From: the human T2T-CHM13v2.0 reference genome, Homo sapiens
Length of the DNA: 64,000 nt
Reading direction: 5' to 3' (one strand)
NCBI RefSeq assembly: GCF_009914755.1
Contig: NC_060930.1
Numbering within the stretch: the stretch's first letter is position 1; each line of letters opens with the position of its first letter. The translations under genes were made by a program, and so were the position numbers. Below the pieces are notes generated by a model, which ran no database searches, was not told where the DNA came from, and worked only from the letters and a program-made list of their open reading frames with translations. Below, piece by piece: positions 25,301 to 38,409 of the stretch.

Positions 25301-26648
25301 TTAGCCTAGCTAAAGGTTTGTTAATTGTATCTTTTCAGAAAACCAATTTCCTATTTTGTTGATCTTTTCTATTTATTTTCTAGTCTCTCTCATTTATTTA
25401 TGCTATGACTTTTATTATTTTCTTCCTTGTACTTTTGGATTAGTTTCTTCTTGCTTTTCTAGTTCCTTGAGATGCAATGTCTGTTTATTTCAGATCCGTC
25501 TTCTTCCTTCCTTCCTTCCTCTTCTTCTTCCTTCTTCCTTCTTCCTTCTTCTTCTTCTTCTTTTTTTTTTTTTTTGAGTTGGAGTGTGGCTCTGTCACCC
25601 AGGCTGGAGTGCAATGACATGATCTCGGCTCACTGCAACCTCTGACTCCCGGGTTCAAGCGATTCTCCTGCCTCAGCCTCCTGAGTATCTGGGATAACAG
25701 TCACATGCCACCATGCCCAGCTAATTTTTGTATTTTTTTACTAGAGACTGGGTTTCACCATGTTGGCCAGGCTGGTCTTGAACTCCTTTCCTCAGGTGGT
25801 CCGCCCACCTCAGCCTCCCAGAGTGCTAGGGTTACAGGACTGAGCCACTGTGCTGGGCCTAGGTCTTTCTTCTTTTTGATGTAGGAATTTATTGCTGTAA
25901 AGTTTACTCTTAGAACTCTTTTTGCTGTATCCCATTTTAGTATGGTTTTAGTATGTTGAGTTTCCATTTTCATTTGCCTGAAAACATTTTAAAATTTATC
26001 TTTTAATTTCTTCATTAGCCTCTTGGTTGTTCAGGAGCATGATGTTTAATTTCCACAGTTTTGTGAATTTTCCAAAGTTTCTCCTGTTATTAATTTCTAG
26101 CTTTATACCATTGTGGTCAGAAATGATACTTGATTCAATATAAATTATCTTAAATTTGTAAGATTTGTCTTGTGGCCTAACATATGATCTTTCCTGGAGA
26201 TTTTTCCATGTGCAGTAGAGAAGAATGTGTATTCTGCAGCTGTTGGATGTAACGTTATGTATATGTCCATTAGGTCCATTTGGTCTAGAGTGCAGCTTTA
26301 AGTTAAATGTTTTCTTGTTGATATTCTGTCTGGATAATCTTTCCATTACTATAAGTGGGCTGTTAAAATCTCTCACTATTATTGTGTTGCATTCTATCTC
26401 TCCATTCATATCTATTAATATTTACTCTATATAGTTACATGCTGCAATGTTAGCTACATACATATTTATAATTGTTGTATCCTCTTGCTGAATCAACCCA
26501 TTTAACAATGATATAATGACTTTCTTTATCTTATCTCTTTTAAATAGCTTTTGACTTAAAGTCTATTTTATCTGATATAAATATAGCTATTCCTGCTCTT
26601 TTTGGTTTCCATTTGCATGGACTATCTTTTTCCAGCTCTTCACTTTCA
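22340..26648 (-). mobile_element. L1MA (about L1MA5-6), ~4 kb, nested in the older L1
   Basis: Second L1 3' end at ~22345 followed by continuous ORF2 homology to the endonuclease region; degenerate flanks ttgttagaattttt/ttgttgagcattttt. Confidence 0.85.
25499..25859 (-). mobile_element. AluSx with A15 plus GAA/GGAA-type tail
   Basis: Full dimer ending ...gagccactgtgctgggcc; CTT-rich tract at 25499-25560. Confidence 0.92.
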
Positions 26649-27304
26649 GTTGTTGAGCATTTTTATCATGAATAGATGTTTATTTTTGTCAAGTACTTTG
26701 TCTGCACTTATTGACATGATCATAGTTGGTATTCTTGATAAGATATAAACTGAAGAAAGGATTCTTTTGACTTTTAAAGTTTGAAAAACCACTTCTATAA
26801 CTAGCCTTCTTTTTTGCCATGGAAGGCTGTGGAGACTCAGTAGGTTTTGTTGACTGGCCAATATGACAGAGCTTTTCAGAGGCAGAGCTGGCTGTAGAGT
26901 GATCCAGGTTGCTGGACTCACAGTTCAGTGTCTTTTCAAGTATTGTGTACTGTCCAGACTAGAAATAAGAAATTCAGTTACTTTTAAAAGCATTTTCCTT
27001 TTTATCGCCAGCTTCCAAGTCCTGGCTAGAGACAGCAAAATTAAAACTTTTTTTTTTTTTTTTTTTTTGGCTAACATGTATGTTTTTCCTCAAGAAGAAA
27101 GAAATGTAAAGAGATAGATGAAAGACGCTGAATTTAGAAAAGATGCTAGATTTCAGTTGAAATATGACCAAAGTTTTTTTTTAAATTTAATATTGATTCC
27201 ACTAGCAGTTCTGTTTCCTGCACCCACTTTTGAGGAGGGACGTTTTCAGATCACAGCTATAAAAGTGCTCATCCTTGAGGTGCCACTCTTCCTAAATATT
27301 TAGA

Positions 27305-27560
27305 AATAACAATAATCCTGTCATTTGGTAAGAGGTTAGATGGGTCAGGTGCCATTCTCATGACTATACATATATTTTCTCAGGTTTCTGTATTATTAAA
27401 TATCTAGTGAGGTAAATATCATTACCCAAGTTTTAAAGATGAGGAATCTAAGGCTCTGCCAGCTTCATGAACTTGCCCAACTTCTCAGAGCTAGCAAGGT
27501 GGAGAACCTGGACTCAAACCCAGGTTGTTTTCTCTCAACATTTCAGCTCTTAAACACTGA
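27305..27560 (-). mobile_element. MIR SINE
   Basis: ttttaaagatgaggaatctaaggctc...aacttgcccaac...ggactcaaacccagg...gctcttaaacact. Confidence 0.75.
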
Positions 27561-29324
27561 GTTTTATTGCCTTATTCTTTGTCCCATTAGAGAAAAGTCT
27601 CCTCAACAGACCACTAAACCAAAACTCTTTAAGTTAAATACTATAATACTAGGTTCGTATAATATCTATTTCAATGTGGCTTAAATAATTTTTGAAGGAG
27701 AGTTTGAATGACTGTAGAAAGGACACAGCAGATTCCTAGGTACTCACAGTGTTAAGGGTTTGCAGTTGTGAAAATGAAGTCTATAGACCAGGGAAAATTG
27801 GAGCATGGAATCTGTGTTCTGCCTGACTTGTTACAGAAGCACCTATCTTACCACAAGATTGAGAATGATATAAATGTTTAATAGCTAATAGAAATTCCAG
27901 CATTCCCCTCATACCAATACAACTTTGCCTATGATATTTTGCAAACTGAACTCCTGTCATCTAATAATTTATTATAATATTTGATCTTCACAATGTTTTA
28001 GGTTAATCACCACTATAATAACTTGCAGGAAATAGTTAAGACCATCAGTGGTTTGAGAATCTTGCATTTGAGAAAGCACACAAATAATATATTGTTTTCT
28101 TGTAAGGTTCTGATACTTTTTTGCGATAACTAATATGGAATTAAGTGCAACACACATTAAAATATTATCTGTCTGCTATCTTCTGTTCCCCAAAAGGATA
28201 GTAATTTTATCATTGTTCTTAATCTCATTGAAATATATTAGTGCTCTATCTTGAATAAAGGACTATAATATTTCTGTCAGTTTCCTAAACAGTTATGCTT
28301 TGTTCTGGAAGATTTATGTTTACTTGAAATTAAAAGATAAAGAATTATTGAATAGAAGAAGATGAATACTGATAATTCCCTTGCTCGAACATGATTAAAC
28401 ATTAAATTAATTAACTTTGTCCTGCTGAATATTCTGCTGTTTCTTGAAAAATGTGTGTAAAATATACCATAATCACTGAGCTAGTTGGCCAAGATAGCAG
28501 AAGCAGCTGCCACCCACATATCATAACTTTCAGTGTCACTCATGAACATTTGGAAAGAGCTGGTGTTTTGCTTCACTTAATGGCAGATTATTCCAAGATC
28601 CCTTGTACAACACTTTGTCATAGAATAGATATTAACTTCTCAGTTTGAATATGTAGTTTTCTCAGCAAGCTATTCCTTGTGCTCATAGAATACAATTATT
28701 TCATGAAGTGTTGTTAAAGTTGAATTTGTTTTTCTAAAACTGTAGACAGATGAAAATTTTTATAGTCTAGATAGCTTTAGACAAAATGATTATTTTTGTA
28801 ATCAGTGTATTTCCTTTCTGATTAAAGCATGCCTGCTATAAACTGGCTAAAGATGGTCTTTAAACAGATAATTATTGATTATAATATAACAGTTGACTAA
28901 ATTTAATATCTCATTAATTTAAGAAATATGTATAAAAACAATATTCTGAAAAAGATTTTGTTATTGACTAGAGAATAAAAAAATCAGGTGCATGTGTATA
29001 CAGATGCCATTCTGTTGTCTTTACAACATGAGATATTACACATAAAGCACAGAGACTTGGTCACAGGAAGTGGCTGATAGACACTAGTGATGAGGAGGTG
29101 TGGCGTCAGCTCCATGCCATCATCTCGTGCCTTTCTCATTTCTGTGAAATGTGTGGCTAAAGATACGAATAACTTCCAAAAGGAAATACACCAGTTATGT
29201 GGGAGGTGCCACATGACTTTAGAAAAATTGTGTATTCCAAAATGCATTTACTTATATCTTAAGTAGAGCAGATATAAAAGCCCAACTGGGCCTTTCCAGG
29301 ATGTGAAATATCTGGCCTACTTAT

Positions 29325-29940
29325 ATGTTGCTAGTGTTCATTGGTATAATGTATTTGGAAAACTGACAATATCTATTAAAGCTTAAAATGTGCATAATAT
29401 GTGGTCCAGCAATTTCATTCTTAGGTATATACCAAACAGAAATATGTGTTTGTATCTGCATTTATGTGTGTGTGCATGTGTATGTATACATATATATTTC
29501 TTTTTATCTAAGAACATCTACTGTGATGTTCATAGCAGCATAGCTTTAAACTAGAAATTACCCTAATACCTATTAATAGTAGAATGGATGAATACACTGA
29601 GGTATATTCACACAACGGGCAGTAATAAGAATGATTGAACTATAACTACACAATAACATGAATAAATTTCAAAGATAATATTAAATGAAAGAAGCCAGGC
29701 ACAGAAGAAAACATACTGTATGATCCCATTTATATACATTGTAAAAGCAGGCATAATGAATCTATGCTGTTAGATGTCAGAATAATGGTTATCCTTGGGG
29801 AGCAGTGACTGCAAAGGAGTATGAGAAGGTCATGCGGTTTCTTGATCTGAGTGGTGGCTTAACGGGTGTGTTTAGTTGTGTCAATTCATCATGTTTGCAC
29901 TTATGTGAGCTTTTCAGTATGTATAACATATTCTGATGTT
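29325..29940 (+). mobile_element. L1ME 3' end
   Basis: ccagcaatttcattcttaggtatatacc...gaaagaagccaggcacagaagaaaacatactgtatgatcccatttata. Confidence 0.75.
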
Positions 29941-30151
29941 AACAACAATAACAACAACAAACCACAGTTACTACGAACAAGTAGAAAATATGTTCTCTAG
30001 TTTTCCATAAACATTACTAAGTAAAGAACAATGACTTTTAAATCTCTCAAACCTATCGCATTGAGAAAGAAAAGTTTAGGTTTACTAATACCAGAAAATG
30101 GAGTAGGAAACTATTTGAATATTACCTATGATTTGACCTGTATTACTGTTA

Positions 30152-30503
30152 TTTTTTTTCTTTGGAGATAGGGTCTTGCTCTGTCACCCAGGCTGGAATG
30201 AAGTGGCACAATCACAGTCATTGCGATAGGGTCTTGCTGTGTCACCCAGGCTGGAATGAAGTGGCACAATCGCAGTCTTTGCAGCCTTGACTTCTTGGGT
30301 TCAAGTGATCCTCCCGCCTCAGCCTCCTGAGTAGGTGGAATGACAGGCATGTGCCACTATCCCCAGCCATTTTTCTTTAGTTTTTTTGGTGGAGATGGGG
30401 TCTCACCATGTCAGGTTCGTCTTGAACTCCTGGGCTTAAGCAATCCTCCCCTGTCAACCTCCCTAAGTGCTGGAATTACAGGTATAAGCCACTGTGCCCA
30501 GCT
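30152..30503 (-). mobile_element. AluJ with internal 58-bp tandem duplication
   Basis: J diagnostics (gcagccttgac, cctgggcttaagcaatcctccc); 30167-30224 duplicated at 30225-30282; ttacctatg on both sides (30122 and 30504). Confidence 0.9.
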
Positions 30504-30829
30504 TTACCTATGTTTCATTTTCTGCCATCTTCTTTATTTCGTTGTCATGGTCCATTTAGATTTTGAGATAACTTAAAATAAAAATACACTGGTTAGTCTG
30601 TGAAACTTCATCTCCTCACTCCTTCAATAGAACAAAGATAATAATAATATTTCCTGTGCCTGAGTTATTTCATTTTATATCATGGTTGAGACTTATCTGT
30701 ATGAAGATTTTATTATCTAACATGACATGGGAAGCCATGCAGTATTCTAGCCGAGGTCTGAGTCAGATAGGAGAAGGTGAGCAGAATTCTATAGTTGATA
30801 GCTATTCCACATTATGAAACCACATTGAT

Positions 30830-31390
30830 CCTCTCTTAATTCCACCCTTCTCCTATGCCAATGGCCTCTCCCATGGGCAATTATCATTAAATCTCCATAA
30901 AACAAAAATCTGATCACATTACCCTCTTGCTTAAAATCGTTAAATAGTTGCTTATGTTCAGGCCTCTGTCCACACTTTGACCACACTTTTTTTCGTTTAC
31001 TCCTTGCTCACTCCCTATGGCCATATTGCCACTTATTTTTTGGCCTGTTAAATCAACCAGGATGGTTGCCATCAATAGGCCACTACAACAAGTGTTCATC
31101 TACTGGGAATGTTCTTCAGATCTTTCTGGGCCTTCTCCCCATTTAAGTCTCTATTCATAGTTAACCTCTTCAGAGAGATCTTCCCTGACTGCCTGCCTTT
31201 CCTGATTCCCTGCTTCCTAAAATATGAAAAAAATTATCTTAGTTTTTTTTTGTTTATTGTCTATATCCTTCATCTCCCTGCCCTCCAAGAGAACAAAGAT
31301 AAAAGAGACTATTGTTTATTTCCTGTTGCAGCCCAAGGCCTAGAATAATTAGTACATAGTAAGCACTTAATACACATTTGTTAAATGTGA
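30830..31390 (+). mobile_element. L2 3' region
   Basis: aaatctgatcacattaccctcttgcttaaaa...tagtacatagtaagcacttaatacacatttgttaaatg. Confidence 0.7.
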
Positions 31391-32610
31391 GGATATAGTA
31401 TAACAAAAATGGTGAGAGAAACATGCTTCTGCTCCTTTTGGGGTTCTTCTAACAAAACTATTTGGATTCCTGATAGTTTGTAGATTCTTGGGTAACTTAC
31501 AGTATGTTAAATCCTCACGTATGTCCATTAGTAGGGACCCATATATCAAATGTACCAGATAACATTATTCTTTATCTTTCCCCTAATTATACCCTTGTTA
31601 ATGGGAGGCAATAAGAGGCCTCAAGCAAAGCTACTGTCAGAGGAATCTGTACGCCATTAGCAGAGAGCTAATGGAAATAAAAGAGCCATGAGCCACTATA
31701 CAGACACAGCCAGTGGTTAAGTTCTGGGGGAGAATGTTGGCTCCCCATAAAAATTGGGGAAATGTGGTTGATTAAAAAGATTTCAATAGTTGGGTATAAA
31801 ATTTACCTCATTTCTCACCAAGCATTCCATTAGGACTGTTGCAGAGATTTACAAAATTCAGAGAATATATAATTAAATTTTATATTTAAATTTTAAAATT
31901 AAATATCTTGACTTTTTTTGTGCTTTGTGGTGACTATTCAGCACTGTTTGCCTAGATAATCAATTGCATTCTTTGTTTTGGGTTTGCAGGTGTTGACAAA
32001 ATGTACCATAAGAAATACGTGGTTTACACAAAGGGACAGAATAAGCCAGTGCTGAATGGCAAGGATCGTGTGTCTTGCCCTCTTCTGTTTACATAAGCTG
32101 TGCCTTCAGGCAACAATTGCAGAACTCTTTGGAACTCTGCTCTGCTTATAATACTTTTAACACAATATATTCATTGTGTCTGAGTTTTTACAACCAAGTA
32201 CAATAGTATGTTTTGTGGCAATGCACAGGTGAAATAACATTGTCTGTAAGGTAAATGACCACTTTGGTAGCTTAGGATAGTGATGCTGGGCATTTATCTG
32301 AATATTCCTAGGTGCTTAGGACTAAACTTTTGGGCCAGGAAAATGTATGGTGCTACGTTTCTTCTGCCATCACTTTGGACCACTGATAATTTTGCTCTGG
32401 TAATTCATAAGGACAGAGGTCACTCTCAGGTCAGACAGTCTTCAGCAGAATGCCACTGTCTTTGAGTGGGTGATAAGGAAAGATAAATATGGGCTGGCCA
32501 CACATGTTTCTTTGTCGTCCCATCCATACCACCCGACACAGCTGAATGTGTCTATCAGGCTTTCCTGAATACTTGGGGCAAAAATAACAGTTAACATTTA
32601 TGTAGTTGAG

Positions 32611-32922
32611 GGCCAGGGGCAGTGGCTCATGCCTGTAATCCCAGTAATTTGGGAGTCTGATGCAGGTGGATTGCTTGAGCCCATGAATTTGAGACCATCC
32701 TGGGCAACAAAGTGAGACCCTGTCTTACAAAAAAAATACAAAAATTTGGCAGGCCTTTACTCCCCAGCTACTTGGGAGGCTATAAGGTGGGAGGATTGCT
32801 TGAGCCCCCGAGTTCGAGGCTGCAGTGAGCTCTATCGTGCCATTGCTCTCCAGCCTCGGTGGCAGAGTGAGACCTTGTCTCAAAAAAACAAAATAAAACT
32901 CAAACCAACCAACCAAACAAAA
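32611..32922 (+). mobile_element. AluJ inserted into a MIR
   Basis: ggattgcttgagccc in both arms; TSD aacatttatgtagtKga at 32593-32609 and 32923-32939. Confidence 0.92.
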
Positions 32923-33024
32923 AACATTTATGTAGTGGATTAACAACCCTATAAATATGTACATTTGTATTTCAAGGTTACATTTGAGGAAGTGGAGACA
33001 GGGAAAGATTGATAATTCTTCTAA

Positions 33025-33664
33025 GCTTCTGGCAATTCTAACAGGGTTCTCAAGATTGCTGCTTCCTAGTGCAAGTGGCCTGGATGATCTGCTCATTTGA
33101 GCGTGAGCAAGACTTGTGAATACGATGGGCTATCACTCCCATTATGTTACAGTATAGGACAGAATGTTTCCAAATGTTATTAAGTTTCCTAGTCAGTTGA
33201 GTTGACTTTGAGTTAATCAAAAGTGAAATTATCCTGGGTGGGCCTGACCTAATTCAGATGAGTCTTTAAAGGAAGTCAGAGATATTTAAGGCAGCAGAGA
33301 TTCTTCTGCTGGTCTCCAAAGAACAGACTACAACGTTGTGGAGAGGGTCACAGGGCAGGAAATAATGCCTCTCAGGGCTGAAAAGGGCCCTCAGTTGATA
33401 ACTAGCACCAAAGTAGAAAACTCCATCCTGAAACTATAAAAAACGGAAACTACCAAAACCCATATGAACTTGGACGAGGATCTCATGAACCAGAAAGGAG
33501 TGTTGAATGGCTCTAACCTTTATTTCATCCTGTGAGATCCTGAGCAGAGAAGCAAGCCATGATGTGCCTAGACTTCTGGCCTACAGAACTGTGAGATAAA
33601 TGAGTGCTGTTTGAATCAGCTAAGTGTGGGATAATTTGTTATATAGCAATAGAAGGTAATGAAT
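33025..33664 (+). mobile_element. MLT1E-like MaLR solo LTR
   Basis: gactttgagttaatcaaaagtgaaattatcctgggtgggcctgacctaat...cctacagaactgtgagataaat...gttatatagcaatagaa. Confidence 0.8.
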
Positions 33665-34536
33665 ATGACTTTTCACATACTATAGGAAATTTTAGATTTT
33701 TATGAGTCAGAGCCCTTGTAAATGACCTGTTTCCTAATCTTGCTTTGTGTACTTTTCCTGGGCCTCTCTGTGAAAGTATTGAGGAGTTTTTGACTTCTGT
33801 ATGCAACCTTCTACCACTCTCCATAGCCTCGCTATCCTCATCCCCATAACTGCCAGGCAGTTCATTTACTCAAGTATGAATAAATACATCTAGAATTGCC
33901 TTACTCTCAGATGTCCTGATTTATTTGTTTTGGGTTGAGGCCCAGTTATTTTTAAAATGTGCTTTCTTGATTTTATTTTAAAGTGTCTCAGGGATTTTAT
34001 TGTGCAGCCACGAGGGAGAGTCTGTGGCCTAGAATGACATCTTGTGAAGCTCAGAAGGTCAGACTGTGGTAGCCATTAGTTATGCAAAGTCCTGTGCAGT
34101 GGAAGGACCAAGGGTGGAGAGCATCTGGAATGCCAGTTCATGACCAGAAGCTTCAGATGTGGTCACTGCTGGGAGTCTCCACTAGGAGAGGTTGAGTACA
34201 TGTCTGTTCAGTCTCTAGCTCTTGCAGAAGATTCAGAGACACACACAAATGACACATTTGAAAGAGCACGCTTATTTCCTGAGACAGTATATTCTTAAAT
34301 TTAAAAAGAACAAATTGTCTTTCATAAATAATATAAAGTGAAAGTCGGCCTCACTGTAATGTATTCAGTGCTTCACATTACTACGCAGTCATTGAATCTC
34401 CTGCTTTGCAATTATGACTGTTGGGTTACAGCCGATTAATTTGTCTCTTAAAAGCCATTGTTTTAGCTATACAAGTAACTGGGAAAAAAACTTTAGAAGA
34501 ATTACTTGTAAATCATAAATTAATTTTTTAGCAACA

Positions 34537-34893
34537 TATATTAGTCTATTTGAGCTGCTGTAACAAAATACCATAGGCTGGGTATCTCATAAATAACAGA
34601 AATTTATTTCTTATTCTAGAGGCTGGGAAGTCTAAGATCAAGGCAGATTTGGTGTCTGGTGAGAGCCCACTTTCTAGTTCATTTTCAGCACCTTCTTACT
34701 ATGTCTTCACATGGTGAAAGAAGTGACTGAGCTCCTTTGGTCTTCTTTTATAAGGGTAGCAATCTCATTCCTGAGGGCTCTGCCCTCAAGATCTAAACAG
34801 CTCCTAAAGGCCCCACCTTCTAATACCATCACCCTGGGGATTAGGATTTAACTATATGAATTTTGAGGAGACACAAATATTCAGTCAATAGCA
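34537..34893 (-). mobile_element. MLT1A/A0 MaLR solo LTR
   Basis: tattagtctatttgagctgctgtaacaaaataccataggctggg...gacacaaatattcagtcaatagca. Confidence 0.88.
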
Positions 34894-36179
34894 CAAAGAT
34901 TTATATCTCTTCTTATTCTGTGTGTGGGGGTTGAGGTGAGGAGGGAAGTTGATTTTATTATTGCCAATTTACAGTATCATATATATTAATGCATACCTTG
35001 GTGTGCTTCCATTCATACATACTTAAAGACACATTCACTTTTATCATCCTGGTGTAAATTAGGATAAGGTTTGATTATCTTTCAACATTATTTGTGTCTT
35101 GACTAGTCCTTATAAAAGCAAACAATATATTTGAGAGTCTAAAGTTCTCTCTGTAACACAGGCTAATCATGGGAGGATAAGTAAACTGATGGAGGGGAAA
35201 AGCAATATTTTATTTGGTATGTGAAATACTAGCTTTTGAAGTACTACATCAGGTGGAAAATTTTTCCCTAACTTACAGAGAAATGTTAGATTTATAATAA
35301 AATTAGTGGTGTGTGTGTGTGTTTGTTCAGGTTTGCTTTGTTTAGGGGCTTTCCTGTGAATCAGCTCCAGGAAGATGAAAAGCCAAGTGTGGTCTAGTTT
35401 ATTAAGTGAAACCCATAGCTGTGAAATAAAGCCTGAGGATATAGAAGTAAAAGGGTGAGCAGCTGTGAAGTGAGCTGCCAGGTAGGAATCGATAGAGATT
35501 GTCTTGTCGGGGCTGACCCCCATCCTGGGAGCCCGATGAAAGTGAGGTGGGGAAAGTGCTGAACCACCAGTAAGAGGAATCTGAGTTATAGCTCTCTGTA
35601 GAAGTAGCAAAATAAATTGAGTTTTTAAAAGAAGAACACTCTAAGTTCTACAATAAATTTTAATGCAATAAAGAATATTTGGATGGAAAATATTAATGTA
35701 AATGTACCAACAATATATCCATCATTATTGGAGATGCAAAATTTTCAGGTGTTTTTGTTTGTTGCTTGCTTCAAATGAAGCAATAGAAGAGATGAGCACA
35801 GTCCCTGGCATGTGGCAGGCACTTAAATAATTTTTGGATAAATAGGTGAGCAATGTAAGAGCCTTATTACCGTATTTTTGCAGTTTCTGATAGTTTTGGA
35901 GGAGGTATAAGTACAGAGGTTCTGTGTTTTTGAAAAAAATACAACAACCAAAAACTTGATGTTCTACAAAAATTTCCACTAGAACTAAGAGGATCTAATG
36001 GGGCAAAGAGTGAGGGTGAGGGGAGACCATTCCCACCAGTGCAACTTTGTGACCACAGCACTACACAGAAGAGTAACTGGTACTTTGGTAGAAAACACAT
36101 CACTCAGGCAGGCAGTTCAGTATGGCTAGAGGATGGCACAGAGGATACTAAAAATGTACAAAAAAAAATACAATGAAAA

Positions 36180-36709
36180 TGTTACAGGAAAGGGGTTTGG
36201 ATCCAGACCCCAAGAGAGGGTTCTTGGATTTCGCACAAGAAAGAATTCAGGATGAGTTTGCAGTGCAAAGTGAAAGCAAGTTTATTAAGAAAGTAAAGGA
36301 ATAAAGAATGGCTACTCCAAAAATCGTTGCCCATTTTTATGGTTATTTCTTGATGATACGCTAAACAATGGGTGGATTATTCATGCCTCCTCTTTTTAAC
36401 CATATAGGGTAACTTTCTGAGATTGCCATGGCATTTGTAAACTGTCATGGTGCTGGTGGGAGTGTAGCTGTGAGGATGACCACACGTTACTCTCGTCCCA
36501 TGTTAGTTTTGGTGGGTTTTGGCCGGCTCCTTTTCTGAAACGCGTTTTATTAGCAAGGTCTTTATAACCTGTATTTCATGCTGACCTCCTATCTCATCCT
36601 GTGACTTAGAATGCCTTAACCATCTGGGAATGCAGACTAGTAGGTTTCAGCCTCATTTTACCCAGCTCCTATTTAAGATGGAGTTGTTCTGTTTCACGTG
36701 CCTCTGACA
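36180..36709 (-). mobile_element. MER41A solo LTR (ERV1)
   Basis: Both termini present (tgttacaggaaagggg...gtgcctctgaca); matches recalled MER41A along its length with a small internal deletion near 36320. Confidence 0.9.
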
Positions 36710-37271
36710 GAAATACTAGTAGCTCTTAATTAGCATAGAGGCAGGTAGATAGATAGAAGTAGAACTCTAAACCAGAGGGGCTGCTTTGAAGGTGTTCTTT
36801 CTGGGGAGTGCAACCTCTCATCAGGCACAGCAATACAAAGCTTGAGTGTTCCTTTTGGAGGAGGGATGCCCTGGTGCAGGACTTATTTATAATTTTATTA
36901 AAATGGAACGGAAAGGGTTTCAGCTGCCTGAGCAGCATAGGCTGAAGTCTTTATTCTTCATTGCTGAATGTTCGGTTTCTACTCTTGATTTTCTACTTCC
37001 CCTTGCTTATAAAAAATCATGTATAAACCAGATTATGTCCATATTATTCTGACATAGTTTCTCTATTTTCCAATTGTTTATGAGCTGATTAGTGTTGTAG
37101 AAATACATTCTGCAGCAGAATAATCTGCTCAGTAATTTGGAATTTTGTGAAGAATGAATCGGACCCCAGACTGTTAGATCTTTGGAGATCTTAATAGCCA
37201 CTTACCAGGTTCCATTTTATAAGTAAGGAAACAGAATTAGAGAAATACATGTTTTGTTCAAGGCGCTACAG

Positions 37272-37514
37272 CAGGGATGTCCAATCTTTTTGGCTTCCCT
37301 GGGCCACATTGGAAGAAGAAGGATTGTCTTGGGCCACTCATAAAATACACTAACAACAGCTGATGAGCTAGAAAATAAAAATAGCAAAAACAAAACAAAA
37401 CAAAACAAAAACCAACTAATACTGTTTTAAGAAAGTTTACAAATTTGTGTTGGGCTCCATTTAAAAGCATCCTGGGCCATATGTGGCCCTCAGGCCGCAG
37501 GTTGGACAAGCTTG
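37272..37514 (+). mobile_element. MER30 hAT MITE
   Basis: cagggatgtccaatctttttggcttccctgggccacattggaagaagaa...ggttggacaagcttg. Confidence 0.92.
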
Positions 37515-37705
37515 TTGTATATTAATTTAGTATTTTCTAAGTAAAAAACAGTTTAAAAGTCATAACCTTGAGAGTGCATTGTAAATTTATGACAGGTGAT
37601 AGAAATAACAGAATTTTAAGATGTCTTTTAAGTAGTTTAACAGCATTTAATAATTACAATTATATCACACATAAACATTCTGCTATTTTGGGTGGGTTTA
37701 TGGAG

Positions 37706-38266
37706 TGTCAAAGCTAAAATTGCACTGAACAATGTTAAACAGACAAGGAAGACTTCATTCCAGGCTATTGCAATAGGGAAGAGAGGCCAAAACTCAATCT
37801 CACCTCATCTCCATAGAAACAAAGCGCTAAAGAGTTTTTAAGGGCTGGAGTGAGGGAAATTATAGGCTGCCTCTGTTTGCTAACTGGTCTCACCCAAAGG
37901 AAAAGTAAGCTTTCTCATATCTTTATGACAAGAGGTAGCTTTACAACTCGGACCAAGGCTTCCATCCTTTCACAAGGATGGGCTCATAGTTTGGCTCCTG
38001 CCCTCCTACAGAGATACCTTCCCTGATGATTATATTTCACAGGGAAGGCTCCCACATCTTTGAGAAAGGACATCCTGGGCTGTAAAGCTAGCAAGAGGCT
38101 TTTTAGAAGATTTACATCTCAAAGAGGCAAAGAGAGAATTTACACTTAGAAGTTTTCTAAAGTAAATGCTGTAAAGAAAAGGAAGGTCAGGAGCCTAGCA
38201 TCAGGAAGAAGCCTGTCTAAAGCTTAGTCAAGCTGAGGGAAATGTTAAAGCTGTCTGGGTTAGGCA
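37706..38266 (-). mobile_element. MER31/MER67-group ERV1 solo LTR
   Basis: tgtcaaagctaaaattgcactgaac...ggctattgcaatagg...tagtcaagctgagggaaatgttaaag. Confidence 0.75.
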
Positions 38267-38409
38267 TTTTATCTACCACTCCTTTCAATGGCCCAACGTT
38301 AACTCACCTTTTTGAGACTGTGATAAATTCTCATTGTTTTTATTCTATCTCCCTCTTCAATATCAGGTCTAATATGACATGTATTTATTTGTTACTTTAA
38401 AGAAATTTG

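Larger units (their letters stand above)
19581..26728 (-). mobile_element. L1MA9-like host element in three pieces (19581-21713, 22127-22336, 26649-26728)
   Basis: 3' end tttattgagatatgtttgacaaataaaaac...ctaattaacatatccatcac; ORF2 homology resumes colinearly after each nested insertion. Confidence 0.8.

Noticed and set aside
31965-32256. Possible exon (gtttgcag|gtgttg ... taag|gtaaat)
   Set aside because: No sustained ORF and no transcript evidence; at most a non-coding exon.
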